Positions 6,692 to 16,722 of a stretch of 64,000 nucleotides of DNA are shown here, piece by piece. The stretch spans positions 4,984-68,983 of the forward strand of contig JBAZXC010000006.1 of NCBI GenBank assembly GCA_041660065.1, given 5' to 3'. The position numbers were made by a program, and so were the translations under genes. Below the pieces are notes generated by a model. That model saw only the letters and a program-made list of their open reading frames with translations, made no database searches and was not told where the DNA came from. Position 1 is the first letter of the stretch; each line of letters opens with the position of its first letter. The stretch comes from Parcubacteria group bacterium. Lineage in GTDB: Bacteria; Patescibacteriota; Minisyncoccia; Moranbacterales; GCA-2747515.

Positions 6692-9580
6692 CTATGGTCG
6701 CGTCTCGATCATACGTCCATCACTTCCGATGTCCGTGTCATCATTTACCGTTGTCGTTGTGTCTGGCACACTTTCTTTTATTGCACTGCAAATTGTATTT
6801 GTTCCGCCGTAGAGGCCTTCACATTCCCAGTTCCATCTACCATCTGATGCGTTTTGATCGGTCCAAATCACGTTACCTGTATCACAGAGATTTGATGATG
6901 GTTGAATAAAATATGTTTGACCGTCAGCCAGCCCGCACTCACCATTGCTTGCAGGTGGCATTGTGTATTCGCATTTTTGTGTATCTGTGCACGCTGTGAC
7001 TTGTTGCCATGGCGTATTTACTATGAGACCTCCGTCATCGCCCAGGCACCATGTTGCGCCTTGCGGCGGGTTACCGCCTGTGCAGGAGTATGCCGGCATT
7101 GTGTATTCGCATTTTTGTGTATCTGTACATACTGCGACTTGTTGCCATGCGGTATTTGTCGTGATATTTATATCGTCTCCCATACACCATATTGCACCTT
7201 GTGGCGGAGTACCTGTGCATGTGTATGATGGCGCAAGACGTGCTGCAGAACACGTTGCATTCGTACCACCGCCAGATCCGTTACATGTCCACGTCACCGT
7301 ACTATCTACACCATATGCACCTGATGGAAAACTCACTGTTGCCGGAGATGGTGTGCCAGCAGAGCAAAGAGGTGTGGATGGACCGGTTGCAGTATATACA
7401 TAATTATTTCGTGTTGAAGCAGAATTACATACTCCATTAATTGGAACAACACAAGAACCGACCGTAATATCCCAATAAAGAGTTGTGCCTCCGAGACTCA
7501 TTGTTGTGAAACTTGGGTTAGTATATTGCGTGTTTCCTCCTCCACAACCTATATGCTCATCCGTGGGAGAAACCCAGTAAGTAGAGTTGCTAGCGGTACA
7601 TCGATTCTGACCCAAGATGCTTCCGCCACATGACAACTTGGGTGTTCTAAACTCCTCGCATCTCGGTTTGTAATACGCGATAAGAGACCAAATACGCACG
7701 GTTGAACCATTAAGTTTCGCTGTAATTCTGGCCGTTCCAGATGCTCCGGCTACAGCAGCGCAGGTCATTCCCGAACATGTCATTACACTGGGGTTATTTG
7801 AAACTAAGCTAGGATTACCGGGCTGACTACCGGTAAAGTAAATATACCCACCCCGAGCACCATTACCACTGATATATTGACCGACGGCGGGAAGATTATT
7901 GCCGAAACAGCTTGCCGAAGTATAGTTACTGCATAGTGTTCCATACGGAGTGTCCCAAGATCCTCCACTAGCGTTAAATGTCAAATCAGAACCATAGCCA
8001 AAGCTTACTGAACCGCCACAAGGAACACTCGTACTAGTTACATTCATATAGCTATTCAAAGTGACATCGCCGGTAGAGATCGTGGCATAACCATTAGATA
8101 GATTATAGGGACTTGAAGACAACGCAGTTTGATCCCCCGCTGCCGAAGTCCCGTGACTCGACAATACTCCTCCAGTAACCAATAACCCGAAGATAAATAT
8201 ACCTAGTCTCGGCCCTCGATATCCTTTGATGATTCTGATCAACACGATTATGATAATAATAGTTACAATAAAGAGCACAACATAAGCGAAAATCTTCACA
8301 AAACCATTCATTCCCACCAGTCCGCTCACGTCTACTGTCTTGCATTCGTTGAGTTGGGCGCAATCATACGTTATTTCATAATGGTCAACGACATTCCCGT
8401 CCTTATCTCTAATCTCTGCTTTCAGTCCAACATAGTCATAATCCCGACGGGCAGAGATATCCGTCTTAGCGGCTGACATAGCGGAAGGAATATTGCCATC
8501 ATATTTTAATTCCCCGATCTCATTACCATCCCTATCCGACAACACAGCTCGGACGTTCCCACTCGTATTGACGTTAGTGGAATTGTGAAAACAGGAGAAA
8601 AGAGTGAAGGCGTCGCCTTTTTTGATCGGGAATTTAGTGATAGCAGGATAGTTGAGCCGCGCACGTGGCGCATCTGTTGCGAAACGAACATTGATAATGG
8701 ATTTCGTATCGTCATAGCTGGCAATTGTCTTCAGATAATATACACTGCCGGAAGTATCTGGCACTTTATATGAGATATCAGCCGTGCCGTTGGCCGGAAC
8801 AGTGACCGTCAAAGTCTTCTCGTCCAAACGGTCATCTTTGTTGAGACTGTCCCATCGGTAGAGCTCCTGAGTGACATTGACGACTTTTGTCTCACCAAAA
8901 GAATTGCGCAATACATTATTGATAGTAACTTCCGAGCCAGCGGTGATTTTTGGCCAACTGCCGATCTGGTTATATTTATCTCCATTGAAAGTCGTAGCCG
9001 ACTTATCGAAGGCAACAGCAGTGGTGATTGTCGAGCTTATATTAAAACGTGCCACACCGGCAGTTACTTCGTTGGAAAAAGACAACCCACCCAGATTGAA
9101 TTTCTTGCCAACTGAGAAGAAATAATCAACAACGTATGCTCCATTGCCTTCGTAAACCGGAACGTTCCAGATAAAATCGACTTTTTTCTCACTCTTTGCA
9201 TCAATGGAAATGTCTTTTACGGCAATGAACTCATCTACGATATTTTGACCCTCTTGCATGTAATTATCATTCGCTCTTCCGATCCGAACAAAAAGATTAC
9301 CGTCTACAACAGGATAATTATTGTCATTCTTGACCATTCCGACAAAATGCATCTCCGTCCCAGGCTGATAGACCTGCTGATCCGGTCCGACACTGACTAT
9401 AACAGATTGGAACTTGTAATAATCAAAACAATCCACATCATTCGCCGTTGCACCAACTGCCGGCCAATCAGAACCTTCTATTGTGTCTTTCGCAATTTCT
9501 TCATCAGACACCTGTGCAAAAACAAAAAAACCTGGCACAAAAATAAGCGAAAGGATTATTCCAAAAATGATCTTCTTCAT
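6692..9580 (-). CDS. Large (962 aa) secreted/cell-surface protein: signal peptide, N-terminal domain, two central TM helices, Cys/Gly/Thr-rich C-terminal domain with tandem repeats
   Basis: MKKIIFGIILSLIFVPGFFVFAQ signal. TM helices FVKIFAYVVLFIVTIIIIIVLIRII and LGIFIFGLLVTGGVLSS lie mid-protein. The C-terminal half has many Cys and a duplicated WQQV.ACTDTQKCEYTMP module. Confidence 0.6.
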   Translation of the reverse strand: MKKIIFGIILSLIFVPGFFVFAQVSDEEIAKDTIEGSDWPAVGATANDVDCFDYYKFQSVIVSVGPDQQVYQPGTEMHFVGMVKNDNNYPVVDGNLFVRIGRANDNYMQEGQNIVDEFIAVKDISIDAKSEKKVDFIWNVPVYEGNGAYVVDYFFSVGKKFNLGGLSFSNEVTAGVARFNISSTITTAVAFDKSATTFNGDKYNQIGSWPKITAGSEVTINNVLRNSFGETKVVNVTQELYRWDSLNKDDRLDEKTLTVTVPANGTADISYKVPDTSGSVYYLKTIASYDDTKSIINVRFATDAPRARLNYPAITKFPIKKGDAFTLFSCFHNSTNVNTSGNVRAVLSDRDGNEIGELKYDGNIPSAMSAAKTDISARRDYDYVGLKAEIRDKDGNVVDHYEITYDCAQLNECKTVDVSGLVGMNGFVKIFAYVVLFIVTIIIIIVLIRIIKGYRGPRLGIFIFGLLVTGGVLSSHGTSAAGDQTALSSSPYNLSNGYATISTGDVTLNSYMNVTSTSVPCGGSVSFGYGSDLTFNASGGSWDTPYGTLCSNYTSASCFGNNLPAVGQYISGNGARGGYIYFTGSQPGNPSLVSNNPSVMTCSGMTCAAVAGASGTARITAKLNGSTVRIWSLIAYYKPRCEEFRTPKLSCGGSILGQNRCTASNSTYWVSPTDEHIGCGGGNTQYTNPSFTTMSLGGTTLYWDITVGSCVVPINGVCNSASTRNNYVYTATGPSTPLCSAGTPSPATVSFPSGAYGVDSTVTWTCNGSGGGTNATCSAARLAPSYTCTGTPPQGAIWCMGDDINITTNTAWQQVAVCTDTQKCEYTMPAYSCTGGNPPQGATWCLGDDGGLIVNTPWQQVTACTDTQKCEYTMPPASNGECGLADGQTYFIQPSSNLCDTGNVIWTDQNASDGRWNWECEGLYGGTNTICSAIKESVPDTTTTVNDDTDIGSDGRMIETRP
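6959..7234. repeat. Two tandem 138-nt (46-aa) repeats inside the surface-protein gene
   Basis: CATTGTGTATTCGCATTTTTGTGTATCTGT(G/A)CA... begins at 6959 and again at 7097. The protein module C(L/M)GDD...WQQV.(A/V)CTDTQKCEYTMP occurs twice. Confidence 0.7.
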
Positions 9581-9723
9581 TTTTTTTTACTTCAAAAAAT
9601 TATGACTTTATTATACCATAATTTTTATAATTTTTATAATAAAAAGTAGATTTGCCTTAACGTAATATCTCATGTAGACAAAAAGATCACATCCTATTTG
9701 CGTCAAGAAACTCTTTTGCTATT

Positions 9724-10173
9724 TTAAAATTTTGAAAGTCGTCGCACGTGCCGTTCGTCACCCAAAAAAGAAGTTGACAGCCATGTATTCACTGCGGCCT
9801 TTGCGTCGAGATCAGACAGAAACCGTCCACCAAGCGCAAGCATATTTGCATCATTGTGTGTTCGCGATAAGGTGATGACATCCATTGGACCGCCATAATA
9901 CACCGCACATCGCACACCCTTTGTGCGATTGGCAACCATCGCCTCTCCTTGTCCCGTCTTTCCAAAGATGATCCCAAAACTCTCTTGCCCCTCCAAACGA
10001 TCTTTTGCCACTGCTTGCGCAACCGGCATAATATAATCTGGATAATCATCCAGCGCATTAAAAGTCAAGGCGCCCTTGTCTTCAACGTCATAATTCATTT
10101 CCTCTTGAAGGAATTTTTTGATATATTCTTTGAGATCAAGACCGGCATGGTCTGTGCCAAGGTAGATTTTCAT
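9724..10173 (-). CDS. rpiB: Ribose-5-phosphate isomerase B (RpiB/LacAB family)
   Basis: MKIYLGTDHAGLDLKEYIKKFL at the N-terminus; 149 aa; family-typical length and motifs. Confidence 0.75.
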   Translation of the reverse strand: MKIYLGTDHAGLDLKEYIKKFLQEEMNYDVEDKGALTFNALDDYPDYIMPVAQAVAKDRLEGQESFGIIFGKTGQGEAMVANRTKGVRCAVYYGGPMDVITLSRTHNDANMLALGGRFLSDLDAKAAVNTWLSTSFLGDERHVRRLSKF

Positions 10174-10257
10174 ATCCCTAGTTATAAAGTTAAAAGTGAA
10201 AAGTTTTTAAAGCAAATAACATCATGATTTATCCACATCAATCAAAACTCATCATTA

Positions 10258-11190
10258 TTAATTCTTCTTTACATAATCATAAGCGGAAAGCAACGCTTTA
10301 ATCGCATCACCCACAGCAATGTTGTTTTGTCTGTATGGCGTATCGGTCACATCGCCTGCGGCAAAAATACCGGGACAACTCGTCGCCTGCGTCTTCGTAT
10401 CAACAATGATATTGCTCCACTGATCTTTTTGCACCAAATCGCCAACGATCTCACTATTCGGCACTGAGCCGATCTCCACAAAAATTCCACCCACTGCAAT
10501 TTCACCGATCTCTCCCGTTGCAACGTTTTTATAACGCAATCCTGTCACCATTTTATCGCCCAATACCTCTACAGCATCAGACCCAAAGATCACTTCCACT
10601 TTATCAGATGCAAAAACTTTTTCCTGTGTCACAGGATCACCGCGCAACTCATCCTTATTTGCTTTGCGCGCTACGAGATAGATCTTATTTGCATAGGCAA
10701 GTAAATCCACCACCGCTTCCAAGCCGCTGTTTCCGCCACCGACCACAGCCACATCCTTCCCGCGGAAAAAAGGCGCATCACATGTTGCACAAAAAGCAAC
10801 ACCTCTCCCCTCAAATTCTTTTTCTCCCGGCACCTCCATGCGTCGGTGTCGTCCGCCGGAGCACACGATCACTGTTTTGGTTGTATATTTTTCCTCGCCT
10901 GTCATAACATCAAATGTGCCATCGTCATTTTTTGACACACGATCCACATTTTTCCCGATAAAAAGATCGATATTTTCTTTTTGCGCTTCCAGATGTTTTT
11001 TGAGCTTGATCGCCAACGCCGGACCACTGATCAGCGGCTCACCAATCCAATTTTCAATTCCATCAGACACAACAGATTGCCCACCGATCTGATTGGCAAA
11101 AAGTGCCGTCTTGATATTCTTGCGCGCTGCATATACACCAGCCGCTACAGCAGCTGGACCGCCACCGATAATAATTGTTTCGTACATCAT
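10258..11190 (-). CDS. trxB: Thioredoxin-disulfide reductase
   Basis: GGGPAAVAAGVYAAR FAD motif, CATCD redox-active disulfide, GGGNSGLEA NADPH motif; 310 aa. Confidence 0.85.
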   Translation of the reverse strand: MMYETIIIGGGPAAVAAGVYAARKNIKTALFANQIGGQSVVSDGIENWIGEPLISGPALAIKLKKHLEAQKENIDLFIGKNVDRVSKNDDGTFDVMTGEEKYTTKTVIVCSGGRHRRMEVPGEKEFEGRGVAFCATCDAPFFRGKDVAVVGGGNSGLEAVVDLLAYANKIYLVARKANKDELRGDPVTQEKVFASDKVEVIFGSDAVEVLGDKMVTGLRYKNVATGEIGEIAVGGIFVEIGSVPNSEIVGDLVQKDQWSNIIVDTKTQATSCPGIFAAGDVTDTPYRQNNIAVGDAIKALLSAYDYVKKN

Positions 11191-11262
11191 ATATTTTTAT
11201 AATCACGAGAAAGAAACAATAGGCGATATTTCTTTATCGCCTACATGTTTATTCCCAAATTT

Positions 11263-11508
11263 TTAGAGTCCAAGCATAGTAGAAAGTTGCACCTGATCGA
11301 ATCCTACAAGAACCTCTTCTTGACCATCTTTGATGATTACGATCACCGGCACGCCCATTTGTCCGGTTTTTTCCACCATCTCCTGCGCTTTTTGTTGATC
11401 AACGGATACATCAATATCCGTATATTCCACACCTTTCTCTTGAAGGAAATCTTTTGCCAATGTGCAATATCCACATGTTGGCGTCGAATAGATCGTTACT
11501 TCTGCCAT
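11263..11508 (-). CDS. Glutaredoxin/NrdH-like small redoxin
   Basis: 81 aa, TPTCGYCTLAK CxxC motif, thioredoxin-fold pattern; lies just upstream of trxB. Confidence 0.65.
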   Translation of the reverse strand: MAEVTIYSTPTCGYCTLAKDFLQEKGVEYTDIDVSVDQQKAQEMVEKTGQMGVPVIVIIKDGQEEVLVGFDQVQLSTMLGL

Positions 11509-11669
11509 ATGATTTTTGTCTCAGCGTTACATGTGACATTCAGACGTCACAGCACGATGAAATTACTTATTACTGTTTATAGTATACGCTCATAATATCA
11601 CAAATCATTCACAAGCACCAACCTTGACTGTCTCTTAATTTTAATGCACAATGAGTTGTAGACATATTT

Positions 11670-11743
11670 GTTCTGGTAGCTCAATTGGATAGAGCGTCTG
11701 GTTTCGGCCCAGGAGGTTAGAGGTTCAAGTCCTCTCCAGAACA
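11670..11743 (+). tRNA. tRNA-Arg (anticodon UCG)
   Basis: Hand-folded cloverleaf: acceptor GTTCTGG/CCAGAAC (7 bp, perfect), D-stem GCTC/GAGC, anticodon stem TCTGG/CCAGG, loop TTTCGGC (U33, anticodon TCG), T-stem AGAGG/CCTCT with a TTCAAGT loop. Confidence 0.8.
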
Positions 11744-11768
11744 CAATTCACAAAACGATATCCTCTTG

Positions 11769-12104
11769 TTATTGACGATAAAAAATGTCGTGAAAATCTT
11801 GTCGATCCCGCGCATAAAAGTCATTGCGTTGTACAATGCGGTCTTTGACCGCATCAAATCTCTTCTTATCAAAAGTTACTTCACTTTTTTTCTGGTTGAC
11901 ATAATCCGTTTTTTCAGCCCCTGTCAATTCCTTTGTGTGAACAAACACATACCATACATACCATACAAAAGAGAGAATGCACACTAATACGAAGCTGAGC
12001 ACAATTGGAAATATCTTTGTCCACTTTCTTCTCACAAAACCAAAAAACAATGCAAAATCACTCTGCGGTTTATTGAATGTATCTCTTCCTTTGATGCCAA
12101 ACAT
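11769..12104 (-). CDS. Hypothetical small membrane protein (1 TM) at the 3' end of the pilus operon
   Basis: 111 aa, TM segment IFPIVLSFVLVCILSFVWYVWYVFV; no recognisable domain. Confidence 0.35.
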   Translation of the reverse strand: MFGIKGRDTFNKPQSDFALFFGFVRRKWTKIFPIVLSFVLVCILSFVWYVWYVFVHTKELTGAEKTDYVNQKKSEVTFDKKRFDAVKDRIVQRNDFYARDRQDFHDIFYRQ

Positions 12105-12127
12105 ATATGAACTGCCGTTAAACTCAA

Positions 12128-12772
12128 TTACTTATTGACCTGATCAAGATAAAAAACGATCGTAATATCACTTTTGAGAAGATCTTTTCTTACCACTATT
12201 TTTTCACTATTTTCCTCATCCACAATGTCCGTGACAGGTGCAACATCACGAGAATTATCTACCGTTTTGACTGATTTGATCGATGTAACATCAGATATGT
12301 AGCGCATATTCTCAACTTTTTGCAAAAACATGATCAGATCATTATAATTACCGACCAAGGAAATTGTCATGCCAATATAATCAGTGACTTGTGGTACGAT
12401 ATTCTTTTTTGTTTCACCGGTTTTTTCCTCACCCTTTTTCACCGAGAGCGTAACACTTTTATTTCCCGTTTCCTGTGCGATGCTTTCAATCATAGAAAAC
12501 AATCGCACTTTTTCATCATCATTGTTCGGAAGCAGAATGTTGAAATTTTCACTGTTCTCATGAATATATGCCGCATCCTTCTTGAATACATAAATATTTT
12601 GCAGATACTCTTCTGCCAACACATGATCCATTTGTGTTTGTTTGAGACGTTCTGACTGCACTTTGATCATCGTAAAAATTTTATACGCTTCACCTATGAC
12701 AAAGATCACAAAACAACCCAGTGCGATCACCACAATCAATTGAATATAATACTTTTTAATAAATCTCCTCAT
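12128..12772 (-). CDS. pilO: Type IV pilus assembly protein PilO-like
   Basis: N-terminal TM anchor followed by a coiled-coil and periplasmic-domain-like region; position directly after pilM-pilN; 214 aa. Confidence 0.5.
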   Translation of the reverse strand: MRRFIKKYYIQLIVVIALGCFVIFVIGEAYKIFTMIKVQSERLKQTQMDHVLAEEYLQNIYVFKKDAAYIHENSENFNILLPNNDDEKVRLFSMIESIAQETGNKSVTLSVKKGEEKTGETKKNIVPQVTDYIGMTISLVGNYNDLIMFLQKVENMRYISDVTSIKSVKTVDNSRDVAPVTDIVDEENSEKIVVRKDLLKSDITIVFYLDQVNK

Positions 12773-12775
12773 ACG

Positions 12776-13339
12776 CTAACGCAAACAAGCAATATTAATA
12801 TCAAACGTCATTGTAAAAACAACATTTTTTGGCGATGCAAGATCAGATTCCGGCACAACAATATTTTCAAAACATTTTTTCTCATTCCATGACACATCGC
12901 GAAATTTTTCCTTAAGCGCAACAACATCCTCTCGCGTCTGCGCCGTTGCACGCAATTTTACCTGATTGTCTACCGTGGAAAATTCATCCACAGTAATTTT
13001 TTCATCAATATTTTCACTGAGCATGATCAGGACACGCGACCAATTGAAATGTCCATCCAAGATCTTATTCACCTCATTTGTTGTATGTTTTACATTTTTA
13101 AACTCTGAATGAATATCGATGATCTCTTGGTATCCATTTTGGTCGATCAATTGCTGTTCAACACCTTGCAATAACCCTGCCTCTGACTTGAGTAAAAAAT
13201 AAATTGCAAAGAGACTAAGCGTTAACACGCCAAAGACGATCATCACATAGATCTCTTGCTCAACGATCATACGCAAAATCTTCTGCGTATACAGATGATC
13301 TTTTTGTTGTTGCGGTAATAAATTAAATCTGATTTTCAT
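12776..13339 (-). CDS. pilN: Type IV pilus assembly protein PilN-like
   Basis: MKIRFNLLPQQQK (the INLLP motif of PilN), one TM helix, 187 aa; lies between pilM and pilO. Confidence 0.55.
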   Translation of the reverse strand: MKIRFNLLPQQQKDHLYTQKILRMIVEQEIYVMIVFGVLTLSLFAIYFLLKSEAGLLQGVEQQLIDQNGYQEIIDIHSEFKNVKHTTNEVNKILDGHFNWSRVLIMLSENIDEKITVDEFSTVDNQVKLRATAQTREDVVALKEKFRDVSWNEKKCFENIVVPESDLASPKNVVFTMTFDINIACLR

Positions 13340-13343
13340 AGTT

Positions 13344-14405
13344 TTATAATTGTTTTGTCGCCAATCCGATTACTGTCGCATATTGCACAGCATCTTCTCG
13401 CGTGATTGGTGGTACACCTTTGAAATGCACATTGACCCATGGATCACCAAGCTCAATATTATATCCCAAACGCCGTGACAGGTACGGCGCAAGTCCGACC
13501 GTTTTTGACCCTCCGCCACACATAATGATCCGATCAACCACAGTAGAGTATGTTAATCTGGACAAATAAAATTCAATGGACTTTTGTGCTTCCACAACAA
13601 AATTTTCTACAACGGATTTTGTCGCTTGAAAAACATGATCATTATTCAAAACGGACCCGATGCCATATGTAATTTTGATATTTTCCGCTTCACGATATGT
13701 AATGCCAAATGTCTGCTCGATCGCTTTTGTCATTGACTCCGATGAGAGCGGGATACTGGATGTGAAGACGGGAATATTGTCCACAGTAATCACAAAGCTC
13801 GTTCCTTTGTCTCCGATATCAATGATCATTGTCGTCACGCCCTTTTCTTCATCTTTGAGGAGACTCGTTGCCTGTGCAACCGGCTCCAACTCAAATCCAT
13901 AAGCAGAGAGACCCGCTTCTTGCAAAAGCTCAATAAAATCGTTGATATACTTTTTTGACACCGCAACAACGATCACATCCATTTGCTTCTCATTTTTTGA
14001 TAATCGCTTATTCAATATTTGCCAATCATAATACACCTGATCGATCGAAAGTGGGATCACCGCCTCAATTTCCCATTTGATCGCCTCTGCAACCTCAGAA
14101 TCGGTCATCTGAGGAATTGTCACGATACGCAAAAAAGATTTTGACTCCGGTAAAGAACAAATCACATTTTTCGTTGAAATTCTTGCTTTTTCTCGCGCAC
14201 GCTTAATTGCACCGACCACATGCTTTGGCTTCAGGATCTCACCATTTTTGATCATACCAGGCATTAATTTTTCCGACGCAAAACCACACACGCTATCATA
14301 CTTACCATGATGCGCCATCTGTAACACTTTCACAGAAAGCTCGCTGATATCCAAACCAAAATACGGTGGCGTCGGATCAATGATTTTTTTGTTCAAAAAT
14401 GACAT
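13344..14405 (-). CDS. pilM: Type IV pilus assembly ATPase-like protein PilM (actin/FtsA fold)
   Basis: YFGLDISELSVKVLQM start, 353 aa, gene order pilM-pilN-pilO, GGGS phosphate-binding-like loop. Confidence 0.65.
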   Translation of the reverse strand: MSFLNKKIIDPTPPYFGLDISELSVKVLQMAHHGKYDSVCGFASEKLMPGMIKNGEILKPKHVVGAIKRAREKARISTKNVICSLPESKSFLRIVTIPQMTDSEVAEAIKWEIEAVIPLSIDQVYYDWQILNKRLSKNEKQMDVIVVAVSKKYINDFIELLQEAGLSAYGFELEPVAQATSLLKDEEKGVTTMIIDIGDKGTSFVITVDNIPVFTSSIPLSSESMTKAIEQTFGITYREAENIKITYGIGSVLNNDHVFQATKSVVENFVVEAQKSIEFYLSRLTYSTVVDRIIMCGGGSKTVGLAPYLSRRLGYNIELGDPWVNVHFKGVPPITREDAVQYATVIGLATKQL

Positions 14406-14463
14406 GCGTTTTTTTTATTTTCTATACATATATAATATCACATTTTTACCTACACGTACTCAC

Positions 14464-16050
14464 TCACTTTATTTCTTCCCATAAATCCATTGCATACGTA
14501 CTTCCTGTAGGAAACATTGGCGGTGGACTATACAAAAGATTGCCATCAAAATACAAATTGCGCGTTTCAAAACCCAATGGTCTATTTGCACCATCACACC
14601 ATGCCGTTCCCACATAACCAAAATTCATGCGTGTATTAGTAGCAATTGCACCATAAAGCGTGATCGTATCCTTGCAATCATTCCAATTATCACGACCAAT
14701 ACGCCCGTATTGCGACAAAAGCACGGCATCAATTTTTAATTCATAACGTTCATCGCTATTGCTCACAGAGTGCAATCCCTCACTATTTCTCACAAGTTCA
14801 ATATTTCCCTCTGCAGCCAAACCGAGTACGCAATCACTATCTCGATCCTCATATTCAATATCATCCATACCAATGAACATACGCGGTTGCACAGAATCCT
14901 CATCATGTGCGGCAATCGTTAACTTCATACCTTCTGGCAATTTTCCCTCAATCCACACATTATCCCGCACGTAAACGATTGCCGTTTCTTCTGCATCAAG
15001 ATTTTTGATTATCGGATCTTCAGGAGCACATACATCATCCCATCCCCACGTTCTGCATGTTCCATTCCATTTATACCGCAAGCATACCCACTCTTGATGG
15101 CATGACTCCACAAATGTCGGCGTGTAATTACTATCAAAGCTCTGTACCCTACGCAATTCCATTGTCCCCTTGGTTGGATCTGATCCATCAACTTTCAACT
15201 CAATATATCGTCCTTGATACGAATTATCAAAATATGTGTTGTCAACAATCGCCAGCTCACGCATTTCATCAAAATTTGCTGTAACACTATTAAAATCTTG
15301 CACGGAAACAGGAAAACGCTTACCTGCTTGAAAAACTTTTTTATGCAAAGTAATATTATACTCATCTGTCCAGTTAGTCCATACACCCGGTCGTGTAATA
15401 CCCGTATCTGGATCCTGATAAGTTGTCTTAGAGCTTGTAACAATATTATATGCAACACCGTCAAAGCGAAATCCACCATTCACATGCATTGGACCGTACA
15501 CCACGGTACCTTCGCTTAAACGCGTGTCTGCATTGGCAAGAATAGCAAATTCACTCCATGACGGTTTGCGTTGACGCGCTCGTATCGTACGTGTTTTGGT
15601 TATGCCAGAAGATGTCGCCGTTCCCTCAGATTGGATGTGTAAAACCGTAGAATATGTTTGTGGTGGTGTAATGCAAATCTTATATTGTCCTATGCCCTCA
15701 TAATTTGCCACATACGCCTCTGTACCATCACCATCGCCATCTGCAGTGTCCGGATCATCACAGTCTCCATCACCATTATCATCTTGTCCTAATGGATCTC
15801 CATCCCAAAAATCCTGAATTTGACTTGCGGTCTTTCCTTCAATATTATGTGCCAAATACCACCGATAAAAAAATATTCCGGCCTCCGCAATATGAAATGC
15901 CTGTTGATCTGATTCCAATGTCGTATTGTATTTGACATGTGCAACAACAAGTTGAATCGTTCCCGCAAACAATACACTTGCCGCCGCAATTACCATAAGT
16001 ACATACACTAAAGCGGAGCCACTATATCTTCTTGTATGAGAATGCATCAT
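14464..16050 (-). CDS. PilX-N-like minor pilin / pilus-associated protein with an acidic D/G-rich calcium-binding-like loop
   Basis: N-terminal hydrophobic helix RRYSGSALVYVLMVIAAASVLFAGTIQL (PilX_N-like, no E at +5), DDNGDGDCDDPDTADGDGDG loop; 528 aa. Confidence 0.45.
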   Translation of the reverse strand: MMHSHTRRYSGSALVYVLMVIAAASVLFAGTIQLVVAHVKYNTTLESDQQAFHIAEAGIFFYRWYLAHNIEGKTASQIQDFWDGDPLGQDDNGDGDCDDPDTADGDGDGTEAYVANYEGIGQYKICITPPQTYSTVLHIQSEGTATSSGITKTRTIRARQRKPSWSEFAILANADTRLSEGTVVYGPMHVNGGFRFDGVAYNIVTSSKTTYQDPDTGITRPGVWTNWTDEYNITLHKKVFQAGKRFPVSVQDFNSVTANFDEMRELAIVDNTYFDNSYQGRYIELKVDGSDPTKGTMELRRVQSFDSNYTPTFVESCHQEWVCLRYKWNGTCRTWGWDDVCAPEDPIIKNLDAEETAIVYVRDNVWIEGKLPEGMKLTIAAHDEDSVQPRMFIGMDDIEYEDRDSDCVLGLAAEGNIELVRNSEGLHSVSNSDERYELKIDAVLLSQYGRIGRDNWNDCKDTITLYGAIATNTRMNFGYVGTAWCDGANRPLGFETRNLYFDGNLLYSPPPMFPTGSTYAMDLWEEIK

Positions 16051-16059
16051 ATTTTTTTA

Positions 16060-16722
16060 TTATGTTGGAATCTTATTAAAATCTGCCAAATTGCGCACAA
16101 CAACAAATGACTGAATGCGAACATTATTTGGTGCTCGAAGTGGATCAGGATTTACAAAGAGCAGAATCTTCACCATTTTTATACCACCTAATTCATCTTC
16201 ACTCAGTGGCGTGGACATTGCTGCATTCTCAACATCACTATAAGAATACATCGCACTTTCATCGTTATAATATTCAAATGTTTTATACCCCGTAGTTTCA
16301 TTCACGATATAATTTGCAGCATCTTTCACGCTTTCATCTGCATCTGCATATGTGGGTGGCGTTACAGAAAGATTTGGCTCTGTTACACCAACCTTGAACT
16401 TCTGATCCTCCACAAAATAATGCACACGTTCCGCAATACCATCCTCATCATAATCCATATAAAAAACGATACTATGATCTTCCGCAGACACAATAGGAAA
16501 TGCGCCGTTCTCCGCTGGCCGTGCTGCGCGAATGTCTTTCTCGGCTTTTTGAATGCCACGACTTGATACGAGAGACGCAATCGCAATTTCATACGTGAAC
16601 TGATTTGTCCGCCACATGCGTACAAAAAAAAGACTTGACCCCAGCATAACCGCAGACATAATACCAATCACAACAATCGTTTCTACAAATGTTACTCCAC
16701 GATAATTTTTCATATTCATCAT
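16060..16722 (-). CDS. Prepilin-type N-terminal cleavage/methylation domain protein (pseudopilin)
   Basis: YRG|VTFVETIVVIGIMSAVML matches the class III signal (G-x4-E); 220 aa; ATGA overlap with the upstream pilin gene. Confidence 0.6.
   Translation of the reverse strand: MMNMKNYRGVTFVETIVVIGIMSAVMLGSSLFFVRMWRTNQFTYEIAIASLVSSRGIQKAEKDIRAARPAENGAFPIVSAEDHSIVFYMDYDEDGIAERVHYFVEDQKFKVGVTEPNLSVTPPTYADADESVKDAANYIVNETTGYKTFEYYNDESAMYSYSDVENAAMSTPLSEDELGGIKMVKILLFVNPDPLRAPNNVRIQSFVVVRNLADFNKIPT

Noticed and set aside
11509-11669. Possible ncRNA or promoter structure upstream of tRNA-Arg (TGTGACATTCAGACGTCACA imperfect palindrome)
   Set aside because: Short imperfect palindrome in a divergent promoter region. 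Nothing beyond a weak TTGACT-17-CACAAT promoter candidate could be supported.
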